DNA of 64,000 nt from Isurus oxyrinchus. Taxonomy: Eukaryota. The notes beneath the pieces are model-generated. The model worked only from the letters and a program-made list of their open reading frames with translations, was not told the DNA's origin and searched no databases. The stretch is from NCBI GenBank assembly GCA_026770705.1, contig JANJGN010000003.1:143406001-143470000 (forward strand). The letters are read 5' to 3'. The translations under genes were made by a program, and so were the position numbers. Shown here piece after piece: positions 1 through 12,512 of this stretch (its first letter is position 1; each line of letters begins with the position of its first letter).

Positions 1-2090
1 TGCTGGAATTAAAGGCACCAGCTTAATCACTGCTTGTCATTTTCCTGTTACTTGACATGTATAAAAGGCTCTACAGAATTTGGCCACATCCCAATGCAAT
101 CCTGACATCTTTTCCTGTGTTTTCCTAATTCCGAAATGTCCCTCCATTGGAATTTCTTGAGCAATCCTCAGAATCTCATTTCCATACCCTAATGGGATAA
201 CAATCTGATGCACCTCCCTCCATATTTCATTTGCTGAGACATGATCTGACTCCTACTTTCTCATTAAAATATCTCCTTGAAGATAATAACACACTGGAAT
301 ACATTTTGCTTTGGTTTCTGAATAAGCTTTCTGATATAACGGTTTTAATTGCAAATCATTTTTCTGCAACTCCACTAACCTCTTAGAGTTAAACATTTCA
401 GCTTAGTTTTCCTGTATTCCTTCCTCCTGAATAATGTTATCAAACACCGTGCCAGCTAATTTGATTTCGACACCTTCTTGCCTTTGAACTGCCTGCTTAT
501 CTTGTTTGTCTTGTTCTTTCCTATGAGCCTTTGATCTTGTTACAACACAATCAAGAAACAATCCAGAATGTTCCTTCTGTAACATCTTTGTTGAAAGCAC
601 TTCTACAGGCTGCTCAACTACCATAGGCATCACCCACATTTGTAATCCAGCTATATCATTACCAAGAATAAATTGAGCCCTTGCAATGGGCATTTTTTTC
701 CACCATTCCAACTATAACTTCACCTGTCATCCATTTTCTCTTTAAATTTACCTTCTACAACACAATAGAGTTAGCATCTCCATGAACCCTGCTTACTATT
801 ACCTGCTCCTGCAATACTCCCTTTCAACAACAAATATCATTATCCCACAACATTAAGGATTAACTAGCCTCTGTGTATCTTAAAGTTTTAACATTTTGTA
901 CCCAACTTTATTACAATGAAAACACTTCCATTTTCAAATGTCACTTCTACCTACAACACCTTCCTTTTTATTCTGGGAAAAAAACGTCCTGGGAACTTTC
1001 AGCTACTCCTTCTCTTCCACAACTACCTACCTTCCTTTCACATTCCCACTTTTTATCTTTTTCCAATTTGAAAGGATGCTGAAAAAAAGGTTTAGTTCTA
1101 TGAACTAACTCATCATCATCAGCTATCTCTGCTGCTTGTCCTACACAATCAACCCTCTGTTCCTCCATATGAGTTCTGACTAAAATTTCTTTGTTTTACT
1201 CTTTCAAACTCAAAATGTTTGCCCAGGCTATTTTCTCACATTCCTAAATTTCTGCCTGTATGCTTCAGGAACCAACTCAAAATAGCTTTTTTTCCCCCAC
1301 ATCATAATTCACTAACATGTCTTCTGAAACTGAAGCATATATCTCGTGTGTCCTCCTACCTAACAACTTAGACTGTAATAATAACATCCAGTTTGCCTGT
1401 GGCTATTTCATCTGTTTCGTTAACTTCCCAAATGAAATAAAGAATGCTTTGATATCTTTTTCCTCAAACTTTGGAAGAGTTTGAACAAATTTTAACTTCT
1501 CCCCACTGGGTTCTCCTTTGGACCTAAGTCCTTCCTCGCCTACTGTTGTCTATTTTTCAACTGACAACATTTTCAGTTGGAATTCTCTTTCTCTCTCTTT
1601 TTCTCTTCCCTCGTTCTCTATCTTCACAATTTTTGATTCCCTTTAAAAAGCTATTCTCAGTCTTTTGCTTCTAATTCAAGCTTTATCAGTTCCTTTCCTT
1701 GTTCAAATTCAAGCATCATCATTTGTAACTGAAGTGTCACTACCTCCAGCCGTGACTCACTAGTGTCAGATTTCACTTCCAACTGTATATGCTGTGCTAT
1801 ACTTTTAATTATATCTGATTTCCTAGCACCCTCAGGTAACCCCAATTTTAACTTATCTGCCAACTCTGTTAACTTACTCTTGGTTATCTGCTGCAACCCA
1901 AACAGAGTTATATCTTCTACTCTCAGACAAGTCTTAGCAATTTCCAAAGGCACCTTGCAGACTCACCACTTCTAAAACACCTCACCAGCTCTTGAATTCA
2001 AAGTGCCTATTGTACTCATAACCTTAAGTCTCACCAATTCCAAACCAATCAAGGAATTAGAAATATTTTTATCCACCTAGAGCCCCCAAT
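1..2090 (-). mobile_element. Decayed Gypsy-group LTR retrotransposon internal region, Gmr1/SCAN-like (gag, protease, then integrase zinc finger)
   Basis: Minus-strand gag start MPLEIAKT...KLTELADKLKL (1953), SCAN-like AAEIADDDELVH (~1100), protease end FILGNDIAG (~660), then integrase H2C2-like GHFGIRKT...C..C near 1-200. Many stops and frameshifts. A tRNA-Pro-like PBS (TGGGGGCTC on minus) lies at ~2080-2088. Confidence 0.85.
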
Positions 2091-2862
2091 TGTTAGGATA
2101 CAGCAGTTGGTAAAGTTGAGTTATTTAAAAATCCCAGAGGGAAACTTTAAACAACTGTCATAACCTATATTTCAAGTGGTATGTTTGAGATGCAACTCTG
2201 AATTCATGCATAAAATCACCAGTTCTTGAGAGGTTTTTATATCAAACTACATGCGACATTTATTAATTTAAGAAGTTAAATATATACACATGGCTACAAA
2301 TTACTGCTATCATAACTTTTAACAAATTCCCAATCTAATCTCCACTAAGGCAACAGCAACCCCTAGACTTTAAGCAGACACCAGGCAAAACATTTTCACC
2401 TTACAAATTCAAAATGAGGTTCCTTACACTTTGGTTCCTTTGCAGACACGGTGATAGACTTACAGGCTTTGACCTTACATTGTCCCTGCCCTGCACACAC
2501 AAAATTGCTATCGGTTATACCCAGCACATCTCATTGAATGTAAATTCTCATTGTATCACCAGCCCCTTTGAACTCCACCTCTTCTAACAATAAAACGCCT
2601 TTCATAGTACTAATTTTATTAGTAATATAAACATTGCTTGGCCTCTGCTAGCTAGGTGTCAAATTTCACACCCCTTCTTGAATGTTTTATTCAACAAAAT
2701 GCAAATTCACTCTACCTTTCTTATATCTCAAAACTATTATACATGAAAGCACCCAGGCTAGCTGGCTTTAATCCAATTAAATAATCCACCCATGAACTAA
2801 ACCTCTATTTTAAAAGAAAAATAATTTCCAATAATATTATATACATTGATAACTTCATGGCA
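2091..2862 (-). repeat. 5' LTR of the Gmr1-like element
   Basis: TG...CA termini (tgttagg...catggca on plus), directly adjacent to the PBS; minus-strand AATAAA present. Confidence 0.7.
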
Positions 2863-4209
2863 GGGGGAAGTAATGCTGGGTATGTGTGTGGTTTAAAACA
2901 TTTGGAGTCAAGTAGAATGCAAGCTTGAAATCATCAAAAGAAGCTCAGTGCTTGACATGCTAATGAGTAAACATGGATGCTGGATTAGCATGTAAATTGT
3001 GAAGGGAATTTGCATTTTTAGATAAATTAAGACATTTGTGTTTCAAAGTTGAGGCTGACTACTAATGCAACTGTAACATGTCATGGCTGAAATGTGTGGG
3101 GGAAGAGGGGTGAGGGGTGGGGGAGCCTGATTTATATGCCCAATATCTGCAGAAACATGATTTTCCTGGCCAGTAAAATGGGGTCATCAAAAACGCTGTG
3201 TCACCTTATACATCACTATTTATGGTACTTCCAGCTTTCCCATGTGCTATCAGCCCTCCAAATTCCAACATGTCCAAATGAATATTAGGGCCTATGTTTC
3301 TTGATTCTGTACGAACGGGTAACTACTTAAATGAAAGTGCCATCAACATATATAATGGGGATGCAGATTCCTGTCAACTGAAAAGAGTACATTTCATAAA
3401 ATAACCACCAAAGTGATTTGAATTGAGCCAACATCAAACAATTTGGACTAGGTCAAAAGTTGTCCTCTTTTGGTCTGGAATTGAGTTCAATTACTAAGGA
3501 CAAGGTTTGTGGTACTTTAGGGGCTTGTCAAATTAGTACTAAAATAATCCTAGCCTTGGCAGCTGCTGACCTCATGTAAGTGGAAGCAGGAGAAACATTT
3601 CCTAAACCACAAGTGAGAGTTAAATTGTCCTTTTTTAAAAAATGCTGGAGTTGTCAGTCTTACTTTTGCCTGCACTGAACACCAGTCTTATTCTTTGGAG
3701 AAATTCACCTTTAAGCACAACTGAAGCAATTTTTCATGACAGACATTTCATTTGAATTTATAAATTACTCAATAAAGTGCAATGACTATCTACCATGCTG
3801 CCTACGTTATATTGAAACTGTCAATTTAAAAGAGTTCCTGCCAAAGGCAAGATGAACTCCTCAGTTGCTCTTGGAGATCTGTTTTGTTACACTCATAACA
3901 CACATTCCTTCAACAAATACCAATGCTGATCTGAAAATGAAAGAGACAATTACTAACAAATCCTTTCAGTGCAATGACATCTATCTAATGAACACTGAAG
4001 GTTACTTTCCAAATGATTTTGACCTAGTGTAAAAGATACATTTCTCTGCAATAACAAAGAAGTTCTGTTTCAGGTCAACACCATTTTATCATTTATAATC
4101 TTTACAATTTTGTTGCATAGGACATTGACTCAAATAAATGTCAGCTAGTGTCATATCGACATGGCACAAAGTGGGAATTTCTGAACATTTTTTAAACTAA
4201 TACTTTGTC

Positions 4210-6365
4210 AAATTGGGCATCAGGTTGCAGCAGATGATATGAGCATCCTCACACATTTCACCGTTCATTGCAGCATCAGGCAGGTGGCAGCAACTCAATA
4301 TAGAACCAGAGGGCATGTTGTTGTTGCTGGCACCACAGCAGCCCAAAACTGTAAACCTGTCCTGAGTATCAAGATTCCAATGTGGGCCTGGGAGGCATGA
4401 AGAGTGGACGGATCATGACATCAAACAGACCTATAGCAGATTTGTCTCACAATCTGTCATTCGGGATTGCACAAATCCTGTTAATGTCTTTTCTTAATCA
4501 CTCCCAACTGAACATATTTTCTATAAGCAACAGCAAGGACACTAGTGGAGTGGAATTGGTGGGGGCACAAATGCTGACATCCAGAGAAAGGACAGCAGGT
4601 TCATGCTCCATGGAGCCACTGTCACTCACCTGCAGTGGTGCCCCAACATTCCTTGTAATCTTTTGGAACAGGTTGCTGACCTGCTGTGAGGTCCTGCAAG
4701 CACCTTTGAGCATTGATATTTACAGCCATGATGGTAGCAGTCTGAGCCTGCATAGCATCAAGCAAGGTTTGCAAGCCAACAAGTACAGCTCTCATGACTT
4801 CAGCCTGAACTCCCACGGCAGCAATAAGATGTTGAATGGCTTTGCCTGTGCTGCAATGGAAGCTGAGACAACGGTCACCATGTGTTACTGGATGCACAGA
4901 TGCTGGAAAATATGGGCTCCAAACTCTAAGCAAGGCCTGGTGCTAAGTTGGAGCTAGAAGCCCCCATTCACCTTGACAGAGGCAGGAGGCTGTCTGGAGG
5001 GCCTGTCAATGCACCAAGCATCTCAGTGTGCATGCCCATCAGTGTTTTCCTGTATGCTGCCCCATCAAAGTCCTTTGAAGCAGAACTGGTCTATGTTGTT
5101 CTCAGTTGAGCTGACACACATGCTGTCCTTTCCACCTAGTCTGCTTGCAGCCCACTCATACCCAGTGACTCACCATGTGCTGCTCTCATTCCGTACTACC
5201 CTCTAAAGTTCACGCACTGGCTGCAAGTGTCAGATGTCAGATCAAGTGACCGTGTTTCTTCATCAGAGGTCAGTTCTAGCTTCATGATGAGGCTACACCA
5301 GCTGGCCAAGTGGCAGCTCTTGGGTATCTGAGAACATAAATGCAGAGGGGGTGGGTTGGGGTCAGGGACATTGATCCATGGTCACACCATATGCCGCTTG
5401 CACTTTATGTCAGATAGCAGGATAAGGATGAAGTGGGGCATAAGGCAGGAACATACTGCCATCCTGAATGTTTCAGTGATGCTGGATGCAATGACATGAG
5501 TTTCAGCTGGCTCCATAATGCAGAGCACCATGTCTTCCAGAGAGATCAGGTGCTGCAGGTGGACCTGCCCAGTTCTCTCTTGTTAACTGCAGTTATATGC
5601 AATCTTGCCCTTCAAGAGAAAGGGAAGAATGTGAATGATTGTGTTGCAAAGTGTTTGGGTGATTTGCCTTCCATAGCGGAATATGTGGAAGCAAATTGTG
5701 AAGCTGGCAGCATTGGGAGGTGTGTGAGGGTGAGACGGAGTTTCTGAATAATAGGTCTGAGACCTCATTGCAGATCAGTAGATGATGGGGCTGAGTGTGC
5801 ATTGAGTAGCATGAGAGGCTGGTGGAGTGCTGGGCAGGATAAGACATTTGAAGATGCATTCACAGATCTCAATGACTTCTGCAAAGTAATTGAACTTTTT
5901 CCAGCATTGCAGCCAGGTCCTCTGGGCTGGGATCTGGAAATTGACCTCCCTGGCCACCTGCTCCACTCCCTTTCCATTGTGTGCTTTGAAAGCCCCTTGG
6001 TCACTCATGGAAACGTGACATTTCTCCTCCTTTCCACCTCCATCACCAAGGCATCTAGCTTCATTTGTTGTCTTTTACCTTCCAGCCAAGTCTTCCTGAA
6101 ACTCTTGTGGCAGCTCCTGTTGCATGAGTGCTGCTCCCTTTAAGAGACACAGGCTGCCTTTATCTGCATATCTGCATCAGGCTAGCCATGCTACAGCAGG
6201 GCCCCCTATTGTATATGCAGCCATTCAGCAAGCAGTATGTTTTGCCTTGAGCTGAACATCATAATTATTGAAATGAACAGGCAGCCCTCAATGGAACCAG
6301 ATGAAGGATAATCATGAATCATGATCTCCACTCACAAAAACGGGCCTCATCAAAATATTTCCCCC
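4210..6365 (-). mobile_element. PIF/Harbinger element remnant carrying a decayed Myb/SANT-like gene
   Basis: Minus-strand EQVAREVN...RTWLQCWKKFNYFAEV (5775-6008) matches the Harbinger Myb/SANT pattern; TIR-like end aaaatatttccccc at ~6352-6365. Left boundary approximate. Confidence 0.75.
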
Positions 6366-6589
6366 ATGATGTCTAATACATTGCCATGAAGGAAAGCGTC
6401 AATATGATGAAGGCATAAATTCCTACTATCCTAAAATATCACAATAAAAGATAGCTTTTATTTTACCAGATGCCCCTTTACTAGATACTCCTTTAAGCTC
6501 TAATCTAATGTTCTCTTTGCGAGCCTCCTATCTTCCATCCTCTGTAAACTTATGTGTGTTTATACCTTTGCTGCCTGTATCCTAAATCA

Positions 6590-7025
6590 CATTGAGTCCT
6601 ACCCATCAATCGTCTGCTCAATGACTTACATTAGATCCACATCCGGCAACATGGTGACTTGAAAGTTCTCATTCTCCTTTAAATCTCTCCAAGGCCTCAC
6701 TCCATCCAATCTCTGTAATCACTTTTAGCATTACAATCCTCTGAGAACTCTTCATTTCTCCAAATCTGGCTTCTTGTGCATTTCCCTCTTTATTTTCCCC
6801 AATCATTGACAATTATGCCTTCAGCTGCCTCAGCACTAAGCCCTCGAATTCTCTCCCTGAACCTCTCCACCTTTCTCTCCATCCTTTAAGATGCTTCATA
6901 AACCCTACTTCTTTGACCAATCATTTGATCACCTGACCTAATGTGTTCCCTTTCGGCTCACGTTAAAGTGCCTTTGGGTATCTTACAACGTTTGTTAAAG
7001 GTGTTATATAAATGCAAGTTGTTGG
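6590..7025 (+). mobile_element. L2 LINE 3' end fragment
   Basis: L2-type 3' sequence (ccttcagctgcctcagcactaagccctcgaattc...ctttgaccaa) ending in the tatataaatgcaagttgttg tail. Confidence 0.65.
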
Positions 7026-7469
7026 TGTTAAATACAAGAAAAGCAATTCTGTATCTTGGCATTGCAGTCAGCAGTGGAGTTAACATCACTATGTGCCAAA
7101 TAAATCATTTCCATGTGTTTTACGCACAGAGTGATTGGCCTGGGGCAAAGTTGAGTGATGCACAGATCAAGGCTGAACAGAACGTCATTTGTAATTTTAG
7201 TTTTCAGACAAAACCGTGCATGAAAATATTAATCAGATGCAAATGCAGGAAATTTCCTGAGGGTTTTCTGGCCAGCAGAACCCCCAGATGCACCAGTAAA
7301 CAGGGTTTCTGCTGACCTTCTGTAGAAGTTATAATGGCCAATCAGAAGAATCCTTAGGAAATTCCTGACAAAAAATGTTTTTATGTATAAATTTGAGCTC
7401 TTGACCTAAAATTGTTATTAATTAAAGCTAAATTTCAGTTAAAGAAGGCTTTACTCGTTGTGCATCAAA

Positions 7470-7670
7470 AACTTGCATTTATCCAGGGCCTTTAATGTAG
7501 AAAATATCCAAAGGGGCTTCGCAGAAGAGAAACAGACACTAATCAGTAGTGAAAGATTTGATGAATATTTAAAGGAGGCAGTCCTTAAAAGGAGAAAAGT
7601 AGCATGATTAGAAGTTTAAGGAAAAAGTTTATGTCACTGGATAGGATTGAGACAACTGAAGGTTTCTTCA
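7470..7670 (-). mobile_element. Diverged L2 3' tail fragment
   Basis: aacttgcatttatccagggcctttaatgtag is the reverse complement of the L2 tail seen at ~7000. Confidence 0.45.
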
Positions 7671-7979
7671 CCAAGAGCTCGAACAGCAGCCAATATGCAA
7701 ACGTAATTTTACAAAAATTATTTGTATTTATATAGCGCTGTTAATGTTGTAAAAATGTCAGAAGAATTTTTTGTGCAACTGCTGCTTGTTGGCAGTCTAA
7801 TATTGAAAAGTGTATTCATACTGCACATCCATAACTGCATAGCACTGAGTCAAATCTAAACTTCTTGCCTGTAAGGCAATTTGACAACATTAGGAGGGTG
7901 AAATTGGTCTTTAGTGATCGCACAAATGAGCAATAGCAAATTGCCTATTGTTGAATTGAGGCCAATGGGAAAGGAATTA

Positions 7980-8290
7980 AGGCAAGCATTAAAACTGCTG
8001 AAACTGGCATTGAGACTGCTGAAACAGGCATTAAAGTGACTGAAACAGACACTAAGACTGCTGAAACTGGCATTAAGATGACTGAAACAGATACTAAGAC
8101 CGCTGAAACCAGCATTAAGACTACTGAAACAGCCAAGAAGACTGCTGAAACAGGCATTAAGGCTGCAGAAACAGGCAGTGAGACTGCTGAAACTGGCGTT
8201 AAGACTGCTGAAACAGACATTAAGACTACTGAAATAGGCACTAAGACTGTTGAAACTAGCATTAAGACTGCTAAAACAGGCACTAAGATG
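7980..8290. repeat. 21-bp minisatellite, about 15 units (consensus AAGACTGCTGAAACAGGCATT)
   Basis: Directly visible tandem units. Translations are heptad repeats: KTAETGI (+), CFSSLNA and VSAVLMP (-). Confidence 0.95.
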
Positions 8291-8294
8291 CTCA

Positions 8295-8641
8295 AACATA
8301 CGTCAGAGAGACATTCCAACAACCAACTATTCCACCTGTGGTCAATGCTGAAGCGTCAATTCCTCAGGTGATGAATCGACCTAGATTAGACATGCCCAAT
8401 GTCTCTGTAGAGTTGCCAAACCCAGAACTGCCACTTTCTAATGATGTGTCTCATGCTGCAGTTCCAGGTCCTGTTGAGGAACCTCAAGTGGTAGAGCTAC
8501 ACCGCTCTAGCCATTGAAAGAGAGCACCTCAGAGACTTGATCTTTAATCACCCAAAGTTGTATATATATACATATGTTTTTGGATATTCAATGTTTCCCT
8601 GTAAATAGAAATTGTAAAAAAAAAACTAAAGGGGGAGGAAA
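8295..8641 (+). mobile_element. Gypsy integrase C-terminal tail and polypurine tract
   Basis: Frame ends ...EEPQVVELHRSSH*KRAPQRLDL*, matching the typical Gypsy LRRSxRxxxxPxRL terminus; PPT aaagggggaggaaa at ~8628-8641. Confidence 0.75.
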
Positions 8642-8863
8642 TGTAGCTACTGTGGGGAGAGCCTCTCCTGCTGCCTATCAGGGGTTATATAATGTTCTGG
8701 GAGGCTCCGACCAATGAGCCCTAAGCGTGGGCAATCCGGGGGGGGGGTGGAGCCTCCTGACCAGAGTCCTGATCAAGCATGGTCAAGCCTGATCAAGAAA
8801 AGCTCTCTTGAAATAGTTTATCTGTTTCTTGTTGAAACCTGTCCACTCTATCAAGTTACTACA
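8642..8863 (+). repeat. 3' LTR (222 bp) of the Gypsy remnant
   Basis: Starts right after the PPT; inverted termini TGTAG...CTACA. Confidence 0.75.
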
Positions 8864-9223
8864 CTGAGTTTAAGTGTAAAGACAGGGGGACTAATAAGAA
8901 AATAATGGGGGAAGTTGAGCCTTGAGATGATGACGGTGTGGTTTTAGGATTCCTGTGGCACAAAGAACAAAGTATGGATGATTTAGCAGAACAGACAAAA
9001 CACATACCCTAAAAGACATTTTCTTTTTAGCATAGGCCAGAAATTGCTCGCTTTGGCTCTGTACTCCTTTGGTGACAATTGATAGTTTGATGTATTCCTG
9101 ACATTTGCTTGACATACCTCAGGACAATGAGGCTGAAGATGGCAATAGTATAGTTGGGGTAGGGTATTGACTTGGCTCAAAGCACCGCTTGAAGAAATGT
9201 GCATTAATAACTAGTACTTTCTC

Positions 9224-9585
9224 CTATATTCTTTCATGGGATTTGGGCATCACTGGCAAGGCCAGCCTTCATTGCCTAATTGCCCTTGAACTGAGTGGCT
9301 TTTTCGGCCATTTCAAAGGGCAATTGAGAGTCAACCACATTTCTGTGGATCTGGAGTCACCTGTAGGCCAAGCTGCAGGTAAGGTGGCAGATTTCCAGGT
9401 GAGTTTTTAACAGCAATTGACAATAGTTTCATAGTCACCATTGCTGACACTAGCTTTATTATTCCAGATTTATAAACTGAATTCAAACTCCACCGGCCGC
9501 TGTGGTGGAATTTAAACCTGTGCTCCCAGAGCATTAGCTGGGTCTCTGGATTACTAGACCAGTGACATTATCACAATGCCGCCAA
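9224..9585 (-). mobile_element. tRNA-derived SINE
   Basis: Minus strand has a tRNA-like head (ggcggcattgtgat...ctagtaatccagagacc...ggtttaaattcc B-box-like) and a LINE-like tail ggccttgccagtgatgcccaaatcccatgaaagaat. Confidence 0.7.
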
Positions 9586-9928
9586 CTTTCCTATATATAT
9601 GTAATATGTGTTGTTATATTCCTGTTTACTAAAAAAAAACTTGCCAGCAAATTTAAGCAATTTAATCAAAAGGCAAAACCAAAAAGTATACAAGGTTTTG
9701 CCATGAGCAAAAATAACAAAATCACTGATGCTTGCAAATCTTGTCTTAAACTGCACATTAGTACTTATCCTCACAGCCAGGATTATTTATCAATTAATGG
9801 TTATTTGCTAATTAGCATCATGCAAATGTGTTTCAAAGTGACATATATACCATAGTATAATGTCTGAATAATGTCATCAGCTTCACTTCCACACTTTATT
9901 GATTTAATCAGTCTGAATTAAAAATTAT

Positions 9929-10573
9929 GCGCTGAATTTCACCCTGGGGTGGTGTCCCCACAATTCACTGGAAAAGTCGTGGGCGAGCATGCTCCAGTTT
10001 GGCCAACTCATCCTTCATCCACTTAGTTAATTGGCTTGAGGTGGGTGGACCAGAGGTAGTAGCCACTGCTGGGACTGCAGGCTTTCCCAAAGAGGAGACA
10101 CTGATGGAGCCCAGGTCCAGGTAAGTCAGGGGTCTGGCAGGTCCCGGTGAAGGCAGTGGGAGGCCGGATTGGGCAGTGTAGAGGGGAGGGAAATCATGGG
10201 TAGGGAATACCGGGGGGGGGGGGGGTGGTGGGGGGGGCGCGCGTTGGGGGGTGGGGGGGGGTGGACGACATCCAATGGACACAGTAGGACTGTAAAACAG
10301 GCAACCCCCCTTGCCTAGCCACCAGTCCGCCAAGGCAGGCACTGGGCATCGGCCTCCCCTGCTGAGGTTAAAATCCATTTGGCCCATGGATGATCAGTCA
10401 GGCTGCCTCCTCTAGCACTAGCAAAGTCGCAGCAGGCACAGGCAGAGATCATACCACTGCCACGACATCCAAATTTACAGCCCCAATCCCGCCTGCCATC
10501 CCACACCCACCACACCCCTCCCCCCACCTCCAGAAATTGGTGGCAGGGGGATGGTGCTGTCAAATTCCAGCCC
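9929..10573. mobile_element. Harbinger-type MITE
   Basis: TIR-like ends gcgctgaatttc / aaattccagccc; GC-rich interior with poly-G runs; no coding capacity. Confidence 0.6.
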
Positions 10574-11483
10574 ATATTTGGGAAGCATCTAGTCTTTGCT
10601 GCCAATACTTGCACTCAAGGATAAAGTATTATTTTCCCCAGATTCTAATTTCTTTCCCCTTGCCCTCAGTTAGGTTATGCACTGGGACACTGGAGTAGCA
10701 GGACAAAAATGGAGTAGGTAGTTAATTCTATTATCGCATTGAGAAGCACCAGTAACAATTGCATGGCAACACCCCAGTGAATTTGAAAGAATGAAAGCTG
10801 CTGGCAGCACCAGATGCTGATTACTGGAAAACTAACATTCAGCACTATGGGGGTGAGAGAACACAATTTAATCCCCAATTGATCACCCAGCTTAAGACCC
10901 AGTTTAAATTCTGGAGTCTTTCCTCACAAGAAAGATAGAAAACCAAAAAAGAATGCCCTGCATGGGCTGAACCTTAGCAATAGTTCAAAGGGGTATGTTT
11001 GGCATGTTTTTTAAAGAAAATTCTTGTAACAATATCAATAACTTGTATTTATGTTGCCCCTTTAATGTTGTAAAATGTCCAAAGTTGCTTTGTAGGAGTT
11101 TTTTCAAACAACATTTGATACCAAGCCACATAAGAGACTGGATTTGACACTGTGCTGTGCTCTTCGTCCCCCACCCCTGGCTAAAATGTTGGGGGAACAC
11201 TCCCACGATCTCAAGGGCTGCCCCACAGTAAGTTAATGCTGGGAGCAGAGTTAATTGCTTTAAGGCGAGACTTTCATCCCCATCTCGGGATTGGTCAGCA
11301 GTTGTGTAATCCCATCAGCACCAGCAAGAGGGCTAGCAGCTACTGGGATTACAGACAGTGCCGAGGACTCCAGGTAATTCTGGGGTCTGGGGTCTCAGCG
11401 AGGGGATGATGGTTTGGGGGCCAGTTTCAAGCCGGGGTGGAGGGGCGGTTTAAAGGAGGAAGAATGACCTTGGGATACCTCCA

Positions 11484-11583
11484 ATAAGAACATAAGAAAT
11501 AGGAACAGGAGTAGACAAATAGGAACAGGAGTAGACCATTTGGCCCCTTGAGTCTGCTCCGCCATTCCAAGGATCATGGCTGA
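11484..11583 (-). mobile_element. CR1 LINE 3' tail (severely 5'-truncated)
   Basis: taagaacataagaaataggaacaggagtagacc...atcatggctga is the reverse complement of the CR1 tail seen at 35075-35158. Confidence 0.8.
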
Positions 11584-11644
11584 AATTCTTGTGTTTCGAC
11601 TTCTAGAAGTCGAAACACAAGAATTTCAGCCATGATCCTTGGAA
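11565..11644. repeat. Perfect 80-bp spacerless palindrome
   Basis: The two 40-bp arms are exact reverse complements about the centre TTCT|AGAA (11604/11605). Confidence 0.97.
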
Positions 11645-11759
11645 CAAATGGTCCCAGTGGACTAAAAATAAAAACAAGAGAGATGATAGGACTTGGTGGG
11701 AGTTAGGACAGGGACAAGAAAAATGTTGATGACCTCAAGCTCACAAAGATTAGAAGATG

Positions 11760-12060
11760 GGAGGACAGCCAGGACAGTGTTGGAAAAGTCAAGCCTAAAA
11801 GTAACAGAGACACAGGTGGAATGTTCAGCAGCAGATAAGATGTGCAGGGGTGGAGGAGGGCGATGCTAACAAAGTGGAAATAGCCAGTGATAGTGATGGT
11901 GCAGCTACATGATTGGGAGTTCAACATGGGGTCAAATGCAATACTAAGGTTGTGATCAGTTTGATTCAGCCTCAGATAGGTGCCAGGGAAGAGTCAGTGG
12001 TTCGAGAACAGATTTTGTGGCAGGGACTGAAGACAATTGACTTAATTTTTCCAATACTTA
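11760..12060 (-). mobile_element. L2 LINE ORF2 C-terminal fragment
   Basis: Minus strand reads LRLNQTDHNLSIAFDPMLNS...YFHFVSIALL, resembling the L2 motif VRNLGVxFDxxLSF...AYFHLRNIAR. Confidence 0.65.
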
Positions 12061-12512
12061 AATAAACAATTTTAAAAGCAGCAGCCTGTAATATGTTTAG
12101 GTATCGTCTGACTGAATAGTAAGACCACTGAGAAAAATTTGGGGCAAGGCTTGCCGTACCCATGTTGTGACCGAGTACCTGGCCATTCTGGGTACTTCCA
12201 CTGAAGATCCTGTGCAAGCACCCAGGAACATCTGTAGATTTTCAGGGTCTTAAGTGTTACCAGAGTCCTGTCTTGAGTGTTGCTTTGAACAAATTGATCC
12301 ATTGGTCATGAGATAAGCAGTGATAACACTGTGAAAGGTTTTTAATTTTTCTGAGGGACATTTTCAATAACTATGGCTTTCTAAAGATACACATAAATTT
12401 AATGACCTGGATATCATTACTTACCATTTACCTGGAACCATTCTCTCACTGTCCCAATGACCCTCTTTCATTACGACATAACAACAGCTTTTTGAATCAG
12501 ATGTGAAACTTA

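Noticed and set aside
4382-4957. 191-aa plus-strand ORF
   Set aside because: It is an antisense shadow of the Harbinger Myb gene's last exon; most short ORFs in the track are similar shadows.
7980-8290. CRISPR-like array
   Set aside because: The units are head-to-tail with no unique spacers, there are no cas genes, and the context is eukaryotic.
9007-9131. Minus-strand exon(s) with two GTATGT donors
   Set aside because: Several alternative boundaries and frames fit and none is recognisable, so it is not distinguishable from chance.
9490-9585. tRNA gene
   Set aside because: It has degenerate A/B boxes followed by a SINE body and tail, and I could not form a cloverleaf.
9965-10387. Proline-rich 140-aa ORF or G-quadruplex element
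   Set aside because: It arises from poly-G runs inside a MITE, and homopolymer lengths are unreliable. The same applies to the poly-C run at 14452-14477.
12075-12510. Possible minus-strand exons near 12180 and 12430
   Set aside because: The splice sites are weak or unpaired and the peptides are not recognisable.
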